The position numbers were made by a program, and so were the translations under genes. Positions 33,252 to 43,877 of a DNA stretch of 64,000 nt are shown here, in pieces (within the stretch, counting starts at the first letter, position 1; each line of letters starts with the position of its first letter). Where the stretch lies: positions 633 through 64,632 of the forward strand of contig CAZGIC010000002.1 in assembly GCA_964526435.1 (NCBI GenBank), written 5' to 3'. Origin of the DNA: an uncultured Lachnospiraceae bacterium (GTDB lineage Bacteria; Bacillota; Clostridia; Lachnospirales; CAG-274). Under the pieces are notes generated by a model. That model ran no database searches. It was not told the origin of the DNA and worked only from the letters and a program-made list of their open reading frames with translations.

Positions 33252-34871
33252 ATGGGGGAATTTACAGGTAAAGCCATTGTAAGCGGTATTGCAATAGGCA
33301 GACTTATGTATTATTCAAAGGATGCACAACAGGTAAAAAGATATAAAATAACAGATGCTGAAGCTGAAAAGGAAAAATATGAAAAAGCAAAAAATAAGGC
33401 AATTGAACAGCTTAATCAGATTTATGAGAAAGCTTTAAAAGAAGTAGGAGAAGTAAATGCCTCTATATTTGAAGTACATGCAATGATGCTTGAAGATGAG
33501 GACTATAATGATTCCATAAATAACATAATTGAAAACCAGTTTGTAAATGCAGAGTATGCTGTTGCATGCACCGCAGATAATTTTTCAAAAATGTTTGCTG
33601 AAATGGAAGATGATTATTTTAAAGCAAGGGCTGCCGATATTAAAGACATATCAGAAAGAGTTATTTCTGTACTGAAGGGAGGCGGAAGTACATCAGGACC
33701 TGATGAACCTGTTATTCTCATAGCTGAGGATCTTGCTCCAAGTGAAACGGTGCAGATGGATAAAAATAATCTTTTGTCATTTGTAACAAGATTTGGTTCA
33801 TCTAATTCACATACAGCTATTCTTGCAAGAAATATGGATATACCTGCTGTTATAGGTATTGATATAAAGGAAGAATGGGACGGGCTAAATGCTATAGTTG
33901 ACGGATATAAGGGAAAACTTATTGTTGATCCCGATGAAGAAACACTTAATACTTATATGGAAAAGAAGCAAAAAGATATTGAAGCAAAAGAACTTCTTAA
34001 ACAATTTAAGGATAAGGAAGATGTTACTTTGGACGGAAAGCATATTAAACTTTACTGCAACATAGGAAGTGTGTCTGATACGGCTGCTGTACTTAAAAAT
34101 AATGCTCAGGGGATAGGACTTTTCAGAAGTGAGTTTTTATATTTGGAAAGCAATGATTATCCTTCAGAGGAAGTGCAGTTCCATGCATATAAAACTGTTG
34201 CTGAAAATATGGCAGGCAGAAAGGTTATTATAAGAACTCTTGATATAGGTGCTGATAAGAAAGCTGATTATTTTGAACTTGATAAGGAAGATAACCCGGC
34301 TTTGGGATACAGGGCAATAAGAATATGTCTTGACAGACCTGAAGTATTTAAAACTCAGTTAAGAGCTCTTTTCAGGGCCAGTGCTTTTGGAAATATAGCA
34401 ATAATGTATCCTATGATAATTTCTGTTAATGAGGTTTTAAAAATAAAGGAAATTGTTAATGAAGTTAAAACAGAGCTGAAGGAAAAAGGTGTTCCGTTTA
34501 ATGATGATATTGAACAGGGTATTATGATTGAAACTCCCGCAGCTGCTATTATAAGTGATGAGCTGGCTAAGGAAGTAGACTTTTTCAGCATAGGCACAAA
34601 TGATTTGACTCAGTATACTCTTGCTATTGACAGACAGAATGCAAAGCTTGAAAATATATGTGATACACATCATCCTGCTGTGTTAAAGCTTATTGAAACA
34701 GTTGTTAAAAATGCTCATAAAGAAGGTATATGGGCAGGAATATGTGGTGAGCTTGCATCAGATACTACACTTACAGAAAGATTTATTAAAATGGGTGTTG
34801 ATGAACTTTCCGTTTCAGCATCAAAAGTTTTGGCTGTAAGAAAGAAAATAAGGGAAACAAATGCCTGTTAA
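33252..34871 (+). CDS. ptsI: PEP-protein phosphotransferase (PTS Enzyme I)
   Basis: 539 aa with GSSNSHTAILARNMDIPAV (active His), a PEP-utilising domain and FFSIGTNDLTQY. Confidence 0.9.
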   Translation: MGEFTGKAIVSGIAIGRLMYYSKDAQQVKRYKITDAEAEKEKYEKAKNKAIEQLNQIYEKALKEVGEVNASIFEVHAMMLEDEDYNDSINNIIENQFVNAEYAVACTADNFSKMFAEMEDDYFKARAADIKDISERVISVLKGGGSTSGPDEPVILIAEDLAPSETVQMDKNNLLSFVTRFGSSNSHTAILARNMDIPAVIGIDIKEEWDGLNAIVDGYKGKLIVDPDEETLNTYMEKKQKDIEAKELLKQFKDKEDVTLDGKHIKLYCNIGSVSDTAAVLKNNAQGIGLFRSEFLYLESNDYPSEEVQFHAYKTVAENMAGRKVIIRTLDIGADKKADYFELDKEDNPALGYRAIRICLDRPEVFKTQLRALFRASAFGNIAIMYPMIISVNEVLKIKEIVNEVKTELKEKGVPFNDDIEQGIMIETPAAAIISDELAKEVDFFSIGTNDLTQYTLAIDRQNAKLENICDTHHPAVLKLIETVVKNAHKEGIWAGICGELASDTTLTERFIKMGVDELSVSASKVLAVRKKIRETNAC

Positions 34872-34897
34872 ATTGAAGATATATAATATTAAAAATA

Positions 34898-34923
34898 TGG
34901 GGCTGTCCTTTTGGACAGCCCCA
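34898..34923. terminator. Bidirectional terminator between ptsI and the convergent gene
   Basis: TGGGGCTGTCC-TTTT-GGACAGCCCCA. Confidence 0.6.
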
Positions 34924-34946
34924 TTAAAGTATAAACTAATTTATTA

Positions 34947-36851
34947 TCAAAGCTTAGGAATTAAATCATAATATTCCTGAACAGAAGCATCATTCATAAC
35001 AGCATCAATGATCTTCTTACCTAATGGATCAAGATCAGGTGTGTCAAACTGCTTTAACTGTTCCTTAAAGAAGTCTGCAAGTTTCTTAGCTCCTATATCA
35101 TATGCTTCATTACCTACTCTGCCCTGGATATTAACCTTTATTAATCCGGGATGAACAGGAGTACCATCAATTTTAATTGACTTTGGAATGTAACCAAGTA
35201 ATGAACATCTTGCTTCTTCAAGCTGGTTCATCTTAAATTTAGCTCCGCCTCTTCTTGAAAGGTATTCTCTTGTTACCCATTCACCTGCAAAGCCAATCTT
35301 ATATGCACCTATATACTGGTTAGGAATAAGTATATATCTGGTGCTTGGTGTAGCTAAAATCTGCTTAAGAAGTAAGTTAGCCTGGTCAACCTTTTTGCCT
35401 GTAGCAAATGGCCAGTAAGAACCTACGCCTTCAGATTTCATCTGATTTCCTCCTGCGTCAATGATAGACGGGTTAGCAAAACCTCTAGGTGCAACAAGTC
35501 TCCAGATCCATGCAAGTGCAGGCGGAAGAACATGGAATAAACCAATAATACCATAGTCTGGATGATCCTTTGTTGTAGGTGGAGTTCTGATACCAAAGCT
35601 TCGTACATCAATCTCCGCAGTGCCGTTGACAATGTTATTCTTAAGCTTTCTTGGCATAATAACTCTTGGGTTAGGACAAGGAACACCAGGTGAATCCTCT
35701 ATATGATCCCATATAAGACAAGTAGATCCGGGAACAGCATTCATATTAAGGAATACCAATGGCTCCTTTGGATGACAGCATGCCTTTTCTGTTTCAGGTT
35801 CTGTGCCGTACTGGTCTATATGATTAACTCTCAAGAACCAACCGTATTCAGCATCACATACAACAAGTTTCTTGCTATCGTTCTGAATAGAAGGATGTGC
35901 AAGAGCCATATCGTCTGTTACAGGGTAAATTGTAGCTGTATCTGATATTGTAACATAGCTTTCTTCACCTGTAATGATGTTAGTTGCAAGAAGTACTTTA
36001 CCGTCAGGCTCTCTGTGAATAGGTTCAGTCATTTCTGACTTACCGCCGCCTGAAGCACCTTCATGCATAATTGTAAGTTCAAGCTCATATGGTGTAACAA
36101 CCTTAACTGTTGAAGCATGAAGAGTTACCCAGCCTTCCTGCTCACCAATGTGAAGAAGAATTGAATAAACACCCTTCTTGGCAGATGGTCCAAGGTAAAG
36201 GTTGTAGCTGAATATTTCCTGTAAATCATAAAGCCTGTTGTGAACAACGATCTGCTTTCCTTCATAGTGTGTATGTCTGAAAGTAGGTGCTACATAAATA
36301 ACTGCCTTAGGCTTAAAGAAATTAGGTATCTTACTTGCAGGAACAAAGCCCTGTAATTCAGCAAGAGCAGTTGCAAAACATGCAGCATTTCCCGGAACAA
36401 CAGCTATACATGGATAACAAATACCCATAGATACATTACCTGCATAGAAAGGAACAACTATTAAGCTTTCCTGATTTTTGAGCCATTCAAAAGTTTCCGT
36501 TCTTATTGGTTCAAAAGGCTTGCCAAATCTTTCCATATGTGTAGGCTTGTCAGTAGGGAGATCGTCTGCTATAACCATAGAGTTAGGATCTCTTCTTCTC
36601 ATTGCAGGGTCATCAAAATTAATAACGACACCGTTCTTACACTTAACAACTGAACCCTCTCTTATTGTTTCACCGTTGACGTCAAAGCTTACTTCATTAG
36701 TATCTCTGTCTTTTCCGCCCATTGCCAAATCAATAAGTTCTTCTTTTGTTTCAGGTAAAATGATTTTTGCATCACTGTTCTTAATTATATCATTTAAATT
36801 CTGGGGTAAGACCATTTTATTAAGAACATCAGGCTTATTCTTTTTTGCCAT
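34947..36851 (-). CDS. Uncharacterised 634-aa protein (DUF4914-like as recalled) with an HPrK/PEPCK-style P-loop
   Basis: I prefer the ATG at 36851, 9 nt after AAGGAGG, to the track TTG at 36857. It carries HEGASGGGKSEMTE (compare HPrK G-x-SG-x-GKSE). There is no signal peptide or TM segment. Its codon usage looks like that of a highly expressed gene. Confidence 0.65.
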   Translation of the reverse strand: MAKKNKPDVLNKMVLPQNLNDIIKNSDAKIILPETKEELIDLAMGGKDRDTNEVSFDVNGETIREGSVVKCKNGVVINFDDPAMRRRDPNSMVIADDLPTDKPTHMERFGKPFEPIRTETFEWLKNQESLIVVPFYAGNVSMGICYPCIAVVPGNAACFATALAELQGFVPASKIPNFFKPKAVIYVAPTFRHTHYEGKQIVVHNRLYDLQEIFSYNLYLGPSAKKGVYSILLHIGEQEGWVTLHASTVKVVTPYELELTIMHEGASGGGKSEMTEPIHREPDGKVLLATNIITGEESYVTISDTATIYPVTDDMALAHPSIQNDSKKLVVCDAEYGWFLRVNHIDQYGTEPETEKACCHPKEPLVFLNMNAVPGSTCLIWDHIEDSPGVPCPNPRVIMPRKLKNNIVNGTAEIDVRSFGIRTPPTTKDHPDYGIIGLFHVLPPALAWIWRLVAPRGFANPSIIDAGGNQMKSEGVGSYWPFATGKKVDQANLLLKQILATPSTRYILIPNQYIGAYKIGFAGEWVTREYLSRRGGAKFKMNQLEEARCSLLGYIPKSIKIDGTPVHPGLIKVNIQGRVGNEAYDIGAKKLADFFKEQLKQFDTPDLDPLGKKIIDAVMNDASVQEYYDLIPKL

Positions 36852-37309
36852 TTGCAATAACCTCCTTAAATTTTTAATTTAAATAAATATAATTCTGCCC
36901 TTTTATACTTAGTATAATAACTTTTTTAAAATATTTATTTTGTGTATATAGGTTTTGTTTTTAACTCCTTATAACATAAAACCTATACTTTATACTATAA
37001 CACTTTACTTAAAAAAAAGCAATAGTTTGTAACATAAAATTCAATTTTTTATCAAATTTTACTATAGGTTATATTTGAAATTTTAAAATTTTAGCAAAAA
37101 AGCAGAGTTCTCTTAATAAATATTTAATTTTTATTTTTTAATTGTCTGACAAATGAATTAATGATTGATTTAAAATTCATTTTTGGGTTTTAAACCATAT
37201 GTTAATTATATTTTTTGCAGGAAATGTCATATTCATCTTTGTAAAATAGTTGTAATATTATTGTGCATTATTTCCAAAAGATTATAAATTTAATTTATAT
37301 ATGTAAATT

Positions 37310-40156
37310 CTACATGTCATCATAATCGTTCTGACGGTTTTTCCATTCATTATATTGATATTTGTCTATTTTAACCTCTCTGCCTTTTGTGCCGCCCATA
37401 TCAGGACCTACAATACCTCTCTCCTCAAGTTCATCTATAATTCGGGCAGCTCTGTTGTAACCTATTTTAAATTTTCTCTGTATAAAGCTTGTAGAAGCTT
37501 TTTGCTGTGTTGCAACAAGTTTTATTACATCATCAATAAGACTGTCACTGCCGCTGCTGTCTGAATTGCCGCTTTCCCCTTCCCCGTGGGCTTCGGCAAC
37601 AGCTCTGTCAATTTCATCAATAATTGACCTGTCGTAATGACTTTCATCAGTCTTTATTGAATTTACAATAGCTTCCACTTCTTCGTCTGTTACAAAGGCA
37701 CCCTGTATTCTTAATGGCTTATCATCAAATGCCCTTGTCTTGAGAAGCATATCACCTCTGCCGAGAAGTTTTTCTGCTCCTGTCGCATCAAGTATAATTT
37801 TTGAGTTTACGCTTCCTGCTACTTTAAAGGCTATTCTTGAAGGAACATTTGCCTTTATAAGTCCTGTTACAATATTTGCATCAGGTCTTTGAGTTGCTAT
37901 TACAAGGTGCATACCTGCCGCTCTTGCAAGCTGTGTAAGCCTTACAATGGCATTTTCAACTTCCTTTCCTGTTGTCATCATAAGGTCTGCAAGCTCGTCT
38001 ACAATAATAACTATGTAAGGAAGTTTTTCAATGTCAGGAATTTTGTTATACCCCTTTATATTTCTGACACCGTACTTTTCAAGAAGATCATATCGTCTTT
38101 CCATTTCCCTTATTGCCCAGTTAAGAGCACCTGCTGCTTTCTGAACGTCAGTTACTACTGGTATAAGAAGATGAGGTATACCGTTATATACACTAAGTTC
38201 AACCTTTTTAGGGTCAATAAGAATAAGCTTGACCTCATCCGGAGTTGCCTTGTAAAGTATTGATGTTATAAGTGTGTTTATACATACGGATTTACCTGCA
38301 CCTGTTGCACCGGCAATAAGCAGGTGTGTCATATCTGCTATATCGGTAACTATTACGGTACCTGTAATGTCTTTGCCTACACCGAAGGCAAGCTTACTGT
38401 TATAGTCTCTGAATTTATCTGTTAAAAGAACTTCACTGAAATATACAGGAGAAACAGAATCATTTCCAAGTTCAATACCTATTTTGTTCGTTCCCGGTAT
38501 AGGAGCCTCAATTCTTACAGATTTTGCAGCAAGAGCCAGTTCTATATCCTTGTCAAGCTTTAATATCCTGCTTATTGGTATCCCCTTGGGAGGAATGAGC
38601 TCGTATCTTGTAACTGCAGGTCCCTGGCTTACATTTACTACCTTGGCATTTACACCGAATGTTGAAAGAGTTTCTTCAAGGAGCTTTGATTTTCTTATAA
38701 GCTCCTCCCTGTTCTTTATTCCTGATTTATTAGGATTTTTTGCAAGAAGAGAAGGACTGGGAAATTTATAAGGAGTTGAAGTTTTTGTATCAAGTTTCTT
38801 AATTTCCTTTGTTTCTTCAGCTTCAATGATTTCAGGTTCGTCATCGCTGTCTTCCCATGGAGGTAAATCTCTTTCTTCATTGTTGACTATAATCTCCGAA
38901 ATTTCTTCTTTAACATCTGTTTCTGAAATTTCTTCCGTATTTTCTGTAATGGTTTCTGTTACATTATCAATATGTATTTCAGTTGTTTCATCAGTAATGT
39001 TTTCTTCTTTATGTTTTTTACCTGAAAAATTAAGAACAGGTATTTCAGGTTCTGTATATTCATCATCAAGGTCTTCTTCTGAAATATCTTCATTTTTTTG
39101 AGTCATTTTCTTGTATTCTTCCATATCATCTTTTATAAAAGACGGGATGTCTATAACTGATTCGATATTATCATCGTCGGGTATTTCTTTTGGCTTAAAT
39201 ATATCTGTATCAATTATAACCTTTTCTTCACTGTTTTTTTCCTCGTCAGGAATATCTATGTAAACAGGTTTATTGTGAGGCGTCCTTTTTGCGTTCTTTT
39301 TCTTCATTTTTTCAATAGGAAGTTCCATTTGTATGCTTTCAGGTTCCTCTGCATAATAATTGTCTTCATAGTCGTTTACATAATCATTATAATAATAATC
39401 ATCATCTTCATAATATTCTTCGCTTTCATCTATTATGACATGACTTGCTCTGTATTCTTCAAATTCTTCCATTGTGTCGTCTATCCAGTCGCCCATAGCT
39501 CCCAGAAAATCAGCAACAGTCTTGCCTGTAGCAAGAACAATTAAAATTATACTAACCGCAATTAAAACAATTGTAGTTCCTGTTTTTCCTATAAGAGAAC
39601 AGAATACTCCTCCTATAAGTGCACCTATAAGTCCGCCGTTTTTTACTCCACCGTTAGAAAAATTGTCAGAGATATACTGAGAAAATGGTACATCACCGAT
39701 TGCTGTTCCATTAGAAAAAACATGGGCAAGACAAATAATAGTGAAGAAAAAACCTATAAAAAGAGTAAGCTTAAATTTATAAGCATACTTTGTTTTATCC
39801 ATAAGGGTTTGTACGCTGAAAACCATAAGAACAACGGGAAGTATAATGGCACCTATGCCAAATAAGTGCTTAAGTCCTGCTGAAATATAGCCGCCTACAA
39901 TACCCATTCTTTCACTTGCGATAACACATATAAATATAAGAATTGAAACACCCAAAAGAGCTATGGCAAGAACTTCTGCTCTTAACATCTGATTTTTTTC
40001 ATCAAGTTTTTTCTGTTCTGCTTTTGTAAGCTTAGGCTCATTGGTTTTTTTTGCCTTTGCTTTACTGCCTGTGTTTTTAGTATTTGAAGAAGCCTTTTGT
40101 CCTGTTCCTGTCTTCTTTTTATTTTCTGTCTTTTTTTTAACTGCTGTACCGGACAT
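37310..40156 (-). CDS. ftsK: DNA translocase FtsK/SpoIIIE
   Basis: N-terminal TM segments and a long acidic Tyr/Asp/Glu linker. The motor carries GATGAGKS and IVDELADL. A C-terminal gamma winged helix is present. I prefer the ATG at 40156 (GGGAG upstream) to the ATG at 40183. Confidence 0.9.
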   Translation of the reverse strand: MSGTAVKKKTENKKKTGTGQKASSNTKNTGSKAKAKKTNEPKLTKAEQKKLDEKNQMLRAEVLAIALLGVSILIFICVIASERMGIVGGYISAGLKHLFGIGAIILPVVLMVFSVQTLMDKTKYAYKFKLTLFIGFFFTIICLAHVFSNGTAIGDVPFSQYISDNFSNGGVKNGGLIGALIGGVFCSLIGKTGTTIVLIAVSIILIVLATGKTVADFLGAMGDWIDDTMEEFEEYRASHVIIDESEEYYEDDDYYYNDYVNDYEDNYYAEEPESIQMELPIEKMKKKNAKRTPHNKPVYIDIPDEEKNSEEKVIIDTDIFKPKEIPDDDNIESVIDIPSFIKDDMEEYKKMTQKNEDISEEDLDDEYTEPEIPVLNFSGKKHKEENITDETTEIHIDNVTETITENTEEISETDVKEEISEIIVNNEERDLPPWEDSDDEPEIIEAEETKEIKKLDTKTSTPYKFPSPSLLAKNPNKSGIKNREELIRKSKLLEETLSTFGVNAKVVNVSQGPAVTRYELIPPKGIPISRILKLDKDIELALAAKSVRIEAPIPGTNKIGIELGNDSVSPVYFSEVLLTDKFRDYNSKLAFGVGKDITGTVIVTDIADMTHLLIAGATGAGKSVCINTLITSILYKATPDEVKLILIDPKKVELSVYNGIPHLLIPVVTDVQKAAGALNWAIREMERRYDLLEKYGVRNIKGYNKIPDIEKLPYIVIIVDELADLMMTTGKEVENAIVRLTQLARAAGMHLVIATQRPDANIVTGLIKANVPSRIAFKVAGSVNSKIILDATGAEKLLGRGDMLLKTRAFDDKPLRIQGAFVTDEEVEAIVNSIKTDESHYDRSIIDEIDRAVAEAHGEGESGNSDSSGSDSLIDDVIKLVATQQKASTSFIQRKFKIGYNRAARIIDELEERGIVGPDMGGTKGREVKIDKYQYNEWKNRQNDYDDM

Positions 40157-40383
40157 TTTCCACACTCTCCCTAATTTAAACATACATACCTATTATACCA
40201 TAAAAAGTTGAAAATTTGTGTTACGTTTTAATATCAAAGTTCACACAATGATAAAAAGTTCAAATATTAATTAAAATTTAATTTATTTTTAAATAAAAAC
40301 AATATTATATGTATTATAATTCAAATAAAAGATATTGCTATAAGTTTCTGTTTATGTTATTATGGAGGTGAGAAAATGATGAG

Positions 40384-41550
40384 GTGAATAATTTGGAAAA
40401 GTATTTTTTAAATAAGAAAATAGGTATTATAGGCGGAGGTCAGCTTGGGCAAATGATGCTCCTTGAAGCGAAGAAAATGGGCTTTTATGCTGTTGTTCTT
40501 GACCCTTCTGAAAATTGTCCGTGTCATAGTATATGTGATGAACACATTGTTGCATCTTTTGAAGATGAGGCTGCCTTTAAGCTTCTTGCAGAAAAAACTG
40601 ATGTTGTAACTTATGAATTTGAACATATCAATGCAAAGGCTCTTGAAAAACTTGAAAGTATGGGTTATAAAGTTTATCCTTCTGCTTCAAGTCTTGAGGT
40701 CATACAAGATAAACTGACGCAAAAAGAAGCGATGAAAAAGGAAGGACTGCCTGTTCCGGACTTTATGTACATAAATAATACAGAGGATATGGAAAAGGCC
40801 GGTATGGTTTACGGGTATCCTTATATGCTCAAGGCAAGAACCGGAGGATACGATGGAAAAGGCAATGCTGTTGTGAAATCATATGAAGATATTAATTCGG
40901 CATATTCAGAACTGGGATGCGGAAAAATAAAGCTTATGGCTGAAAAGATGATTGATTTTAAAATGGAAACATCAATACTTGCCTGTCGGAGTCTTAACGG
41001 AGATATAGCTGTATATCCGGTAGGCGATAATAAGCATATTGACAGTATACTTCACGAAACAAGCGTTCCTGCAAACATTCCGGAAAAGGCTGCAAAAACA
41101 GCTATGGCAGTTGCATCAAAAGTTATGGAAGTATTTGATGGCATAGGTATGTTCTGTGTTGAAATGTTTGTCACAAAGGATAATGATATTCTTGTAAATG
41201 AAGTTGCTCCCAGACCTCATAATTCAGGACATTATACCATTGAGGGCTGTATAACAAGCCAGTTTGAAAATCACATAAGGGCTATTGTGGGTCTTCCTTT
41301 AGGAGATACAAGTCTTATATGTCCTACAGTTATGATCAATCTTCTTGGAGAAGAAGGATATACAGGTGATACTGTGGTTACAGGACTTGATAAGGCTATG
41401 GCTTTAAAAGGGGTATCCCTTCATATTTACGGAAAGGCACAGACTAAGCCAAAACGTAAAATGGGACATATAACAGTAACAGCTAACAGTGTTTCCAGAG
41501 CAAAGGAAATTGCCGAGGAAGCCTATAAATATATTAAAATTAAAGCCTGA
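40384..41550 (+). CDS. purK: N5-carboxyaminoimidazole ribonucleotide synthase
   Basis: ATP-grasp protein starting IGIIGGGQLGQMM, 388 aa. The start codon is uncertain (GTG at 40384 or TTG at 40393). Confidence 0.85.
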   Translation: MNNLEKYFLNKKIGIIGGGQLGQMMLLEAKKMGFYAVVLDPSENCPCHSICDEHIVASFEDEAAFKLLAEKTDVVTYEFEHINAKALEKLESMGYKVYPSASSLEVIQDKLTQKEAMKKEGLPVPDFMYINNTEDMEKAGMVYGYPYMLKARTGGYDGKGNAVVKSYEDINSAYSELGCGKIKLMAEKMIDFKMETSILACRSLNGDIAVYPVGDNKHIDSILHETSVPANIPEKAAKTAMAVASKVMEVFDGIGMFCVEMFVTKDNDILVNEVAPRPHNSGHYTIEGCITSQFENHIRAIVGLPLGDTSLICPTVMINLLGEEGYTGDTVVTGLDKAMALKGVSLHIYGKAQTKPKRKMGHITVTANSVSRAKEIAEEAYKYIKIKA

Positions 41551-41569
41551 GAAAGGAGATTGATTTGAA

Positions 41570-42079
41570 ATGGCAATAGTTGGAATTATTATGGGCAGTG
41601 ACTCTGATCTGCCTGTTATGTGTGAGGCAGCGAAGGTATTGGATGAATTCGGAGTTGAATATGAACTGACAGTGGTTTCAGCACACAGAACTCCTGACAG
41701 AATGTATGAATATGCAAAGTCAGCTAAAAAAAGAGGCATTAAACTTATTATTGCAGGTGCCGGAGGCGCTGCTCATCTTCCCGGAATGACAGCAGCTATT
41801 ACCACTCTTCCTGTAATAGGGGTGCCGATTAAAACAAAGGCTTTAAGCGGTGTAGATTCATTGTACTCTATTGTTCAGATGCCAGGAGGAATACCTGTTG
41901 CTACAGTTGCAATTAATGGAGGCAAAAATGCCGGACTTCTGGCTGTACAGACTCTTGGTGCCTTTGACGAGGAGCTTTCAAAAAAGGTTGAAGCCTATAA
42001 ATTAAATCTTGAACAAACAGTTATTGAAAAAGCTGAAAAACTTGAACAAATTGGCTATGAAAAATATTTAAATCAATAA
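41570..42079 (+). CDS. purE: N5-carboxyaminoimidazole ribonucleotide mutase
   Basis: Motifs [16 protein letters not shown] and [10 protein letters not shown]. Confidence 0.9.
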   Translation: MAIVGIIMGSDSDLPVMCEAAKVLDEFGVEYELTVVSAHRTPDRMYEYAKSAKKRGIKLIIAGAGGAAHLPGMTAAITTLPVIGVPIKTKALSGVDSLYSIVQMPGGIPVATVAINGGKNAGLLAVQTLGAFDEELSKKVEAYKLNLEQTVIEKAEKLEQIGYEKYLNQ

Positions 42080-42201
42080 TACTATATATTTTTCTGTATA
42101 TTTTTAGAACGAAAATAAATAATGTCTATGTTGATTTTTTATCAGATATGAAGTATACTTTATTTGATGGCAAAATATTAAATTATGTAGAAAAGGAGAC
42201 A

Positions 42202-42609
42202 ATGGCTATGAATTATACTAAAACTATAGGTTCGAATATTAGATATGAAAGAAAACTGAGAGGACTCACAATTGATGACTTTGCTAAGGTTATTGGAATG
42301 GCTCCCGGATTTGTAGGTCTTATCGAAAGAGGTCAGAGAGGTACAAGCATTGCTAATATGGTAAGAATAGCTGAATTTTTTGATATTACTCTTGATGAAC
42401 TTATTACAAAGGATTTAGCTGAAGGTAAGGTTTCTACTCCTAAGAGTGTTAATAAGATTGACAAAGACAGAAGAGCTTTAATAAGCATGATAAGCACAAT
42501 GTCTGAAAGTAAAGTGCAGATACTTGCAGCTAATGCTAAAGCTTTAAATAAATACATCCCTACTCCAAATGCTAAAGAAGCTATGCTTGATGAATTTGAT
42601 GGTGAGTAA
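42202..42609 (+). CDS. XRE-family helix-turn-helix transcriptional regulator
   Basis: HTH_3 pattern IRYERKLRGLTIDDFAKVIGMAPGFVGLIERGQR. I prefer the ATG at 42202, 4 nt after AAGGAG (short spacing), to the ATG at 42148. Confidence 0.75.
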   Translation: MAMNYTKTIGSNIRYERKLRGLTIDDFAKVIGMAPGFVGLIERGQRGTSIANMVRIAEFFDITLDELITKDLAEGKVSTPKSVNKIDKDRRALISMISTMSESKVQILAANAKALNKYIPTPNAKEAMLDEFDGE

Positions 42610-42636
42610 ATTTTATTTTTATATATTTAATTGTAA

Positions 42637-42675
42637 AACAATAATGGACTGCGTTTTTAGTGGTCCATTATTGTT
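42637..42675. terminator. Bidirectional terminator
   Basis: AACAATAATGGAC - loop - GTCCATTATTGTT followed by TTT. Confidence 0.6.
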
Positions 42676-42692
42676 TTATTAAAAATATTTAT

Positions 42693-43856
42693 TTAATCAA
42701 GAATACCGCTTTTACTTATTTTACTTACTGCTCTTTTAAGTCCGTCACAATTTTGCACAAGAGCTGCTCTTACATATCCTTCTCCCAAATCACCAAATGA
42801 TGCACCGGGAACTACAAGTACGCCTGCCTTTTCCAAAAGTTCTAAAGAAAATTCATAAGATGATTTAAATTTTGGAGGAATAGGCAGCCATGCAAACATT
42901 GTTGCTTTGGTTTCAGGTACCTTCCAGCCTATTGAATTAAGTCCCTTTATGAGGGTGTCTCGTCTTTTTTTGTATTCATTTCTTACATCTGCAACATATG
43001 TCTGATCTCCTGTAAGGGCAGATATTGCAGCTTTCTGTATGCCTAAGCACATTCCATAGTCTATCTGAGAACGAAAAGCTCTGAAACGCTTTAAAATTTC
43101 ATGGTTTCCTATGGCAAAGGACAACCTTAATCCTGTAAGATTATATGATTTTGAAAGAGAATTGAATTCAATACCTACATCAATAGCTCCGTCAATTTCA
43201 AGAAATGAAAGTCCGGGATCTTCATCGTAAACAAGCTCGGAATAAGCATTGTCATGAATAACTATAATATCGTATTTCTTAGCAAAGGCTACAAGCTTCT
43301 CATAAAATTCTCTTGGTGCTGTTGCTGTAGTAGGATTATTTGGATAAGAAACAACCATCATTTTAGCTTTTTCGGCTATTTCTTCGGGAATAGCATCAAG
43401 GTCTATTATATAGTTATTTTCTTTTAAAAGAGGCATATAATAAAGCTGAACATCAGCCATAGTAGGACCAAAAGCAAATATCTGATAACAAGGATCAGGT
43501 ACAAGTACAATATCACCCGGATTGCACAGAGGAAAAGCAATGTGTGCAATGCCTTCCTGTGAACCGTTTACAGCGACAATATTTTTATGTTCAAGATTTA
43601 CACCATATCTGTTCTTATACCAGTATACAACTGCATCAAGAAGTTCTTTGCTTTCTGTAATACCATATTTATAATTATCTGCATTTAAAAAAGCTTCACT
43701 TACTGCCTTTATAACATAGTCAGCAGGAGGAATGTCGGGAGTACCTATTGAAAGGTTTATGACCTCCTCGCCTTTTGAGAGCATTTCTTTGCTTTTAGTA
43801 TCAAGTTCTACAAGTATATTTTCTTTTATATTACCAAACTTCTTTGAAAATTCCAT
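42693..43856 (-). CDS. Class I/II PLP-dependent aminotransferase
   Basis: 387 aa with YPNNPT and the PLP-lysine motif NSLSKSYNLTGLR. Confidence 0.8.
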   Translation of the reverse strand: MEFSKKFGNIKENILVELDTKSKEMLSKGEEVINLSIGTPDIPPADYVIKAVSEAFLNADNYKYGITESKELLDAVVYWYKNRYGVNLEHKNIVAVNGSQEGIAHIAFPLCNPGDIVLVPDPCYQIFAFGPTMADVQLYYMPLLKENNYIIDLDAIPEEIAEKAKMMVVSYPNNPTTATAPREFYEKLVAFAKKYDIIVIHDNAYSELVYDEDPGLSFLEIDGAIDVGIEFNSLSKSYNLTGLRLSFAIGNHEILKRFRAFRSQIDYGMCLGIQKAAISALTGDQTYVADVRNEYKKRRDTLIKGLNSIGWKVPETKATMFAWLPIPPKFKSSYEFSLELLEKAGVLVVPGASFGDLGEGYVRAALVQNCDGLKRAVSKISKSGILD

Positions 43857-43877
43857 AAATGTATCCCCTTTATTATT

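Noticed and set aside
37152-37183. Hairpin AAATGAATT..AATTCATTT in the 450-nt AT-rich gap between ftsK and the 34947-36851 gene.
   Set aside because: It is a pure A/T stem with no adjacent U-tract on the relevant (minus) strand. It cannot be distinguished from chance in such AT-rich DNA.
38484-39680. Several 68-95-aa plus-strand ORFs inside ftsK.
   Set aside because: They are antisense to a clearly homologous FtsK/SpoIIIE gene and Ser/Ile-rich, as mirror images of its acidic linker.
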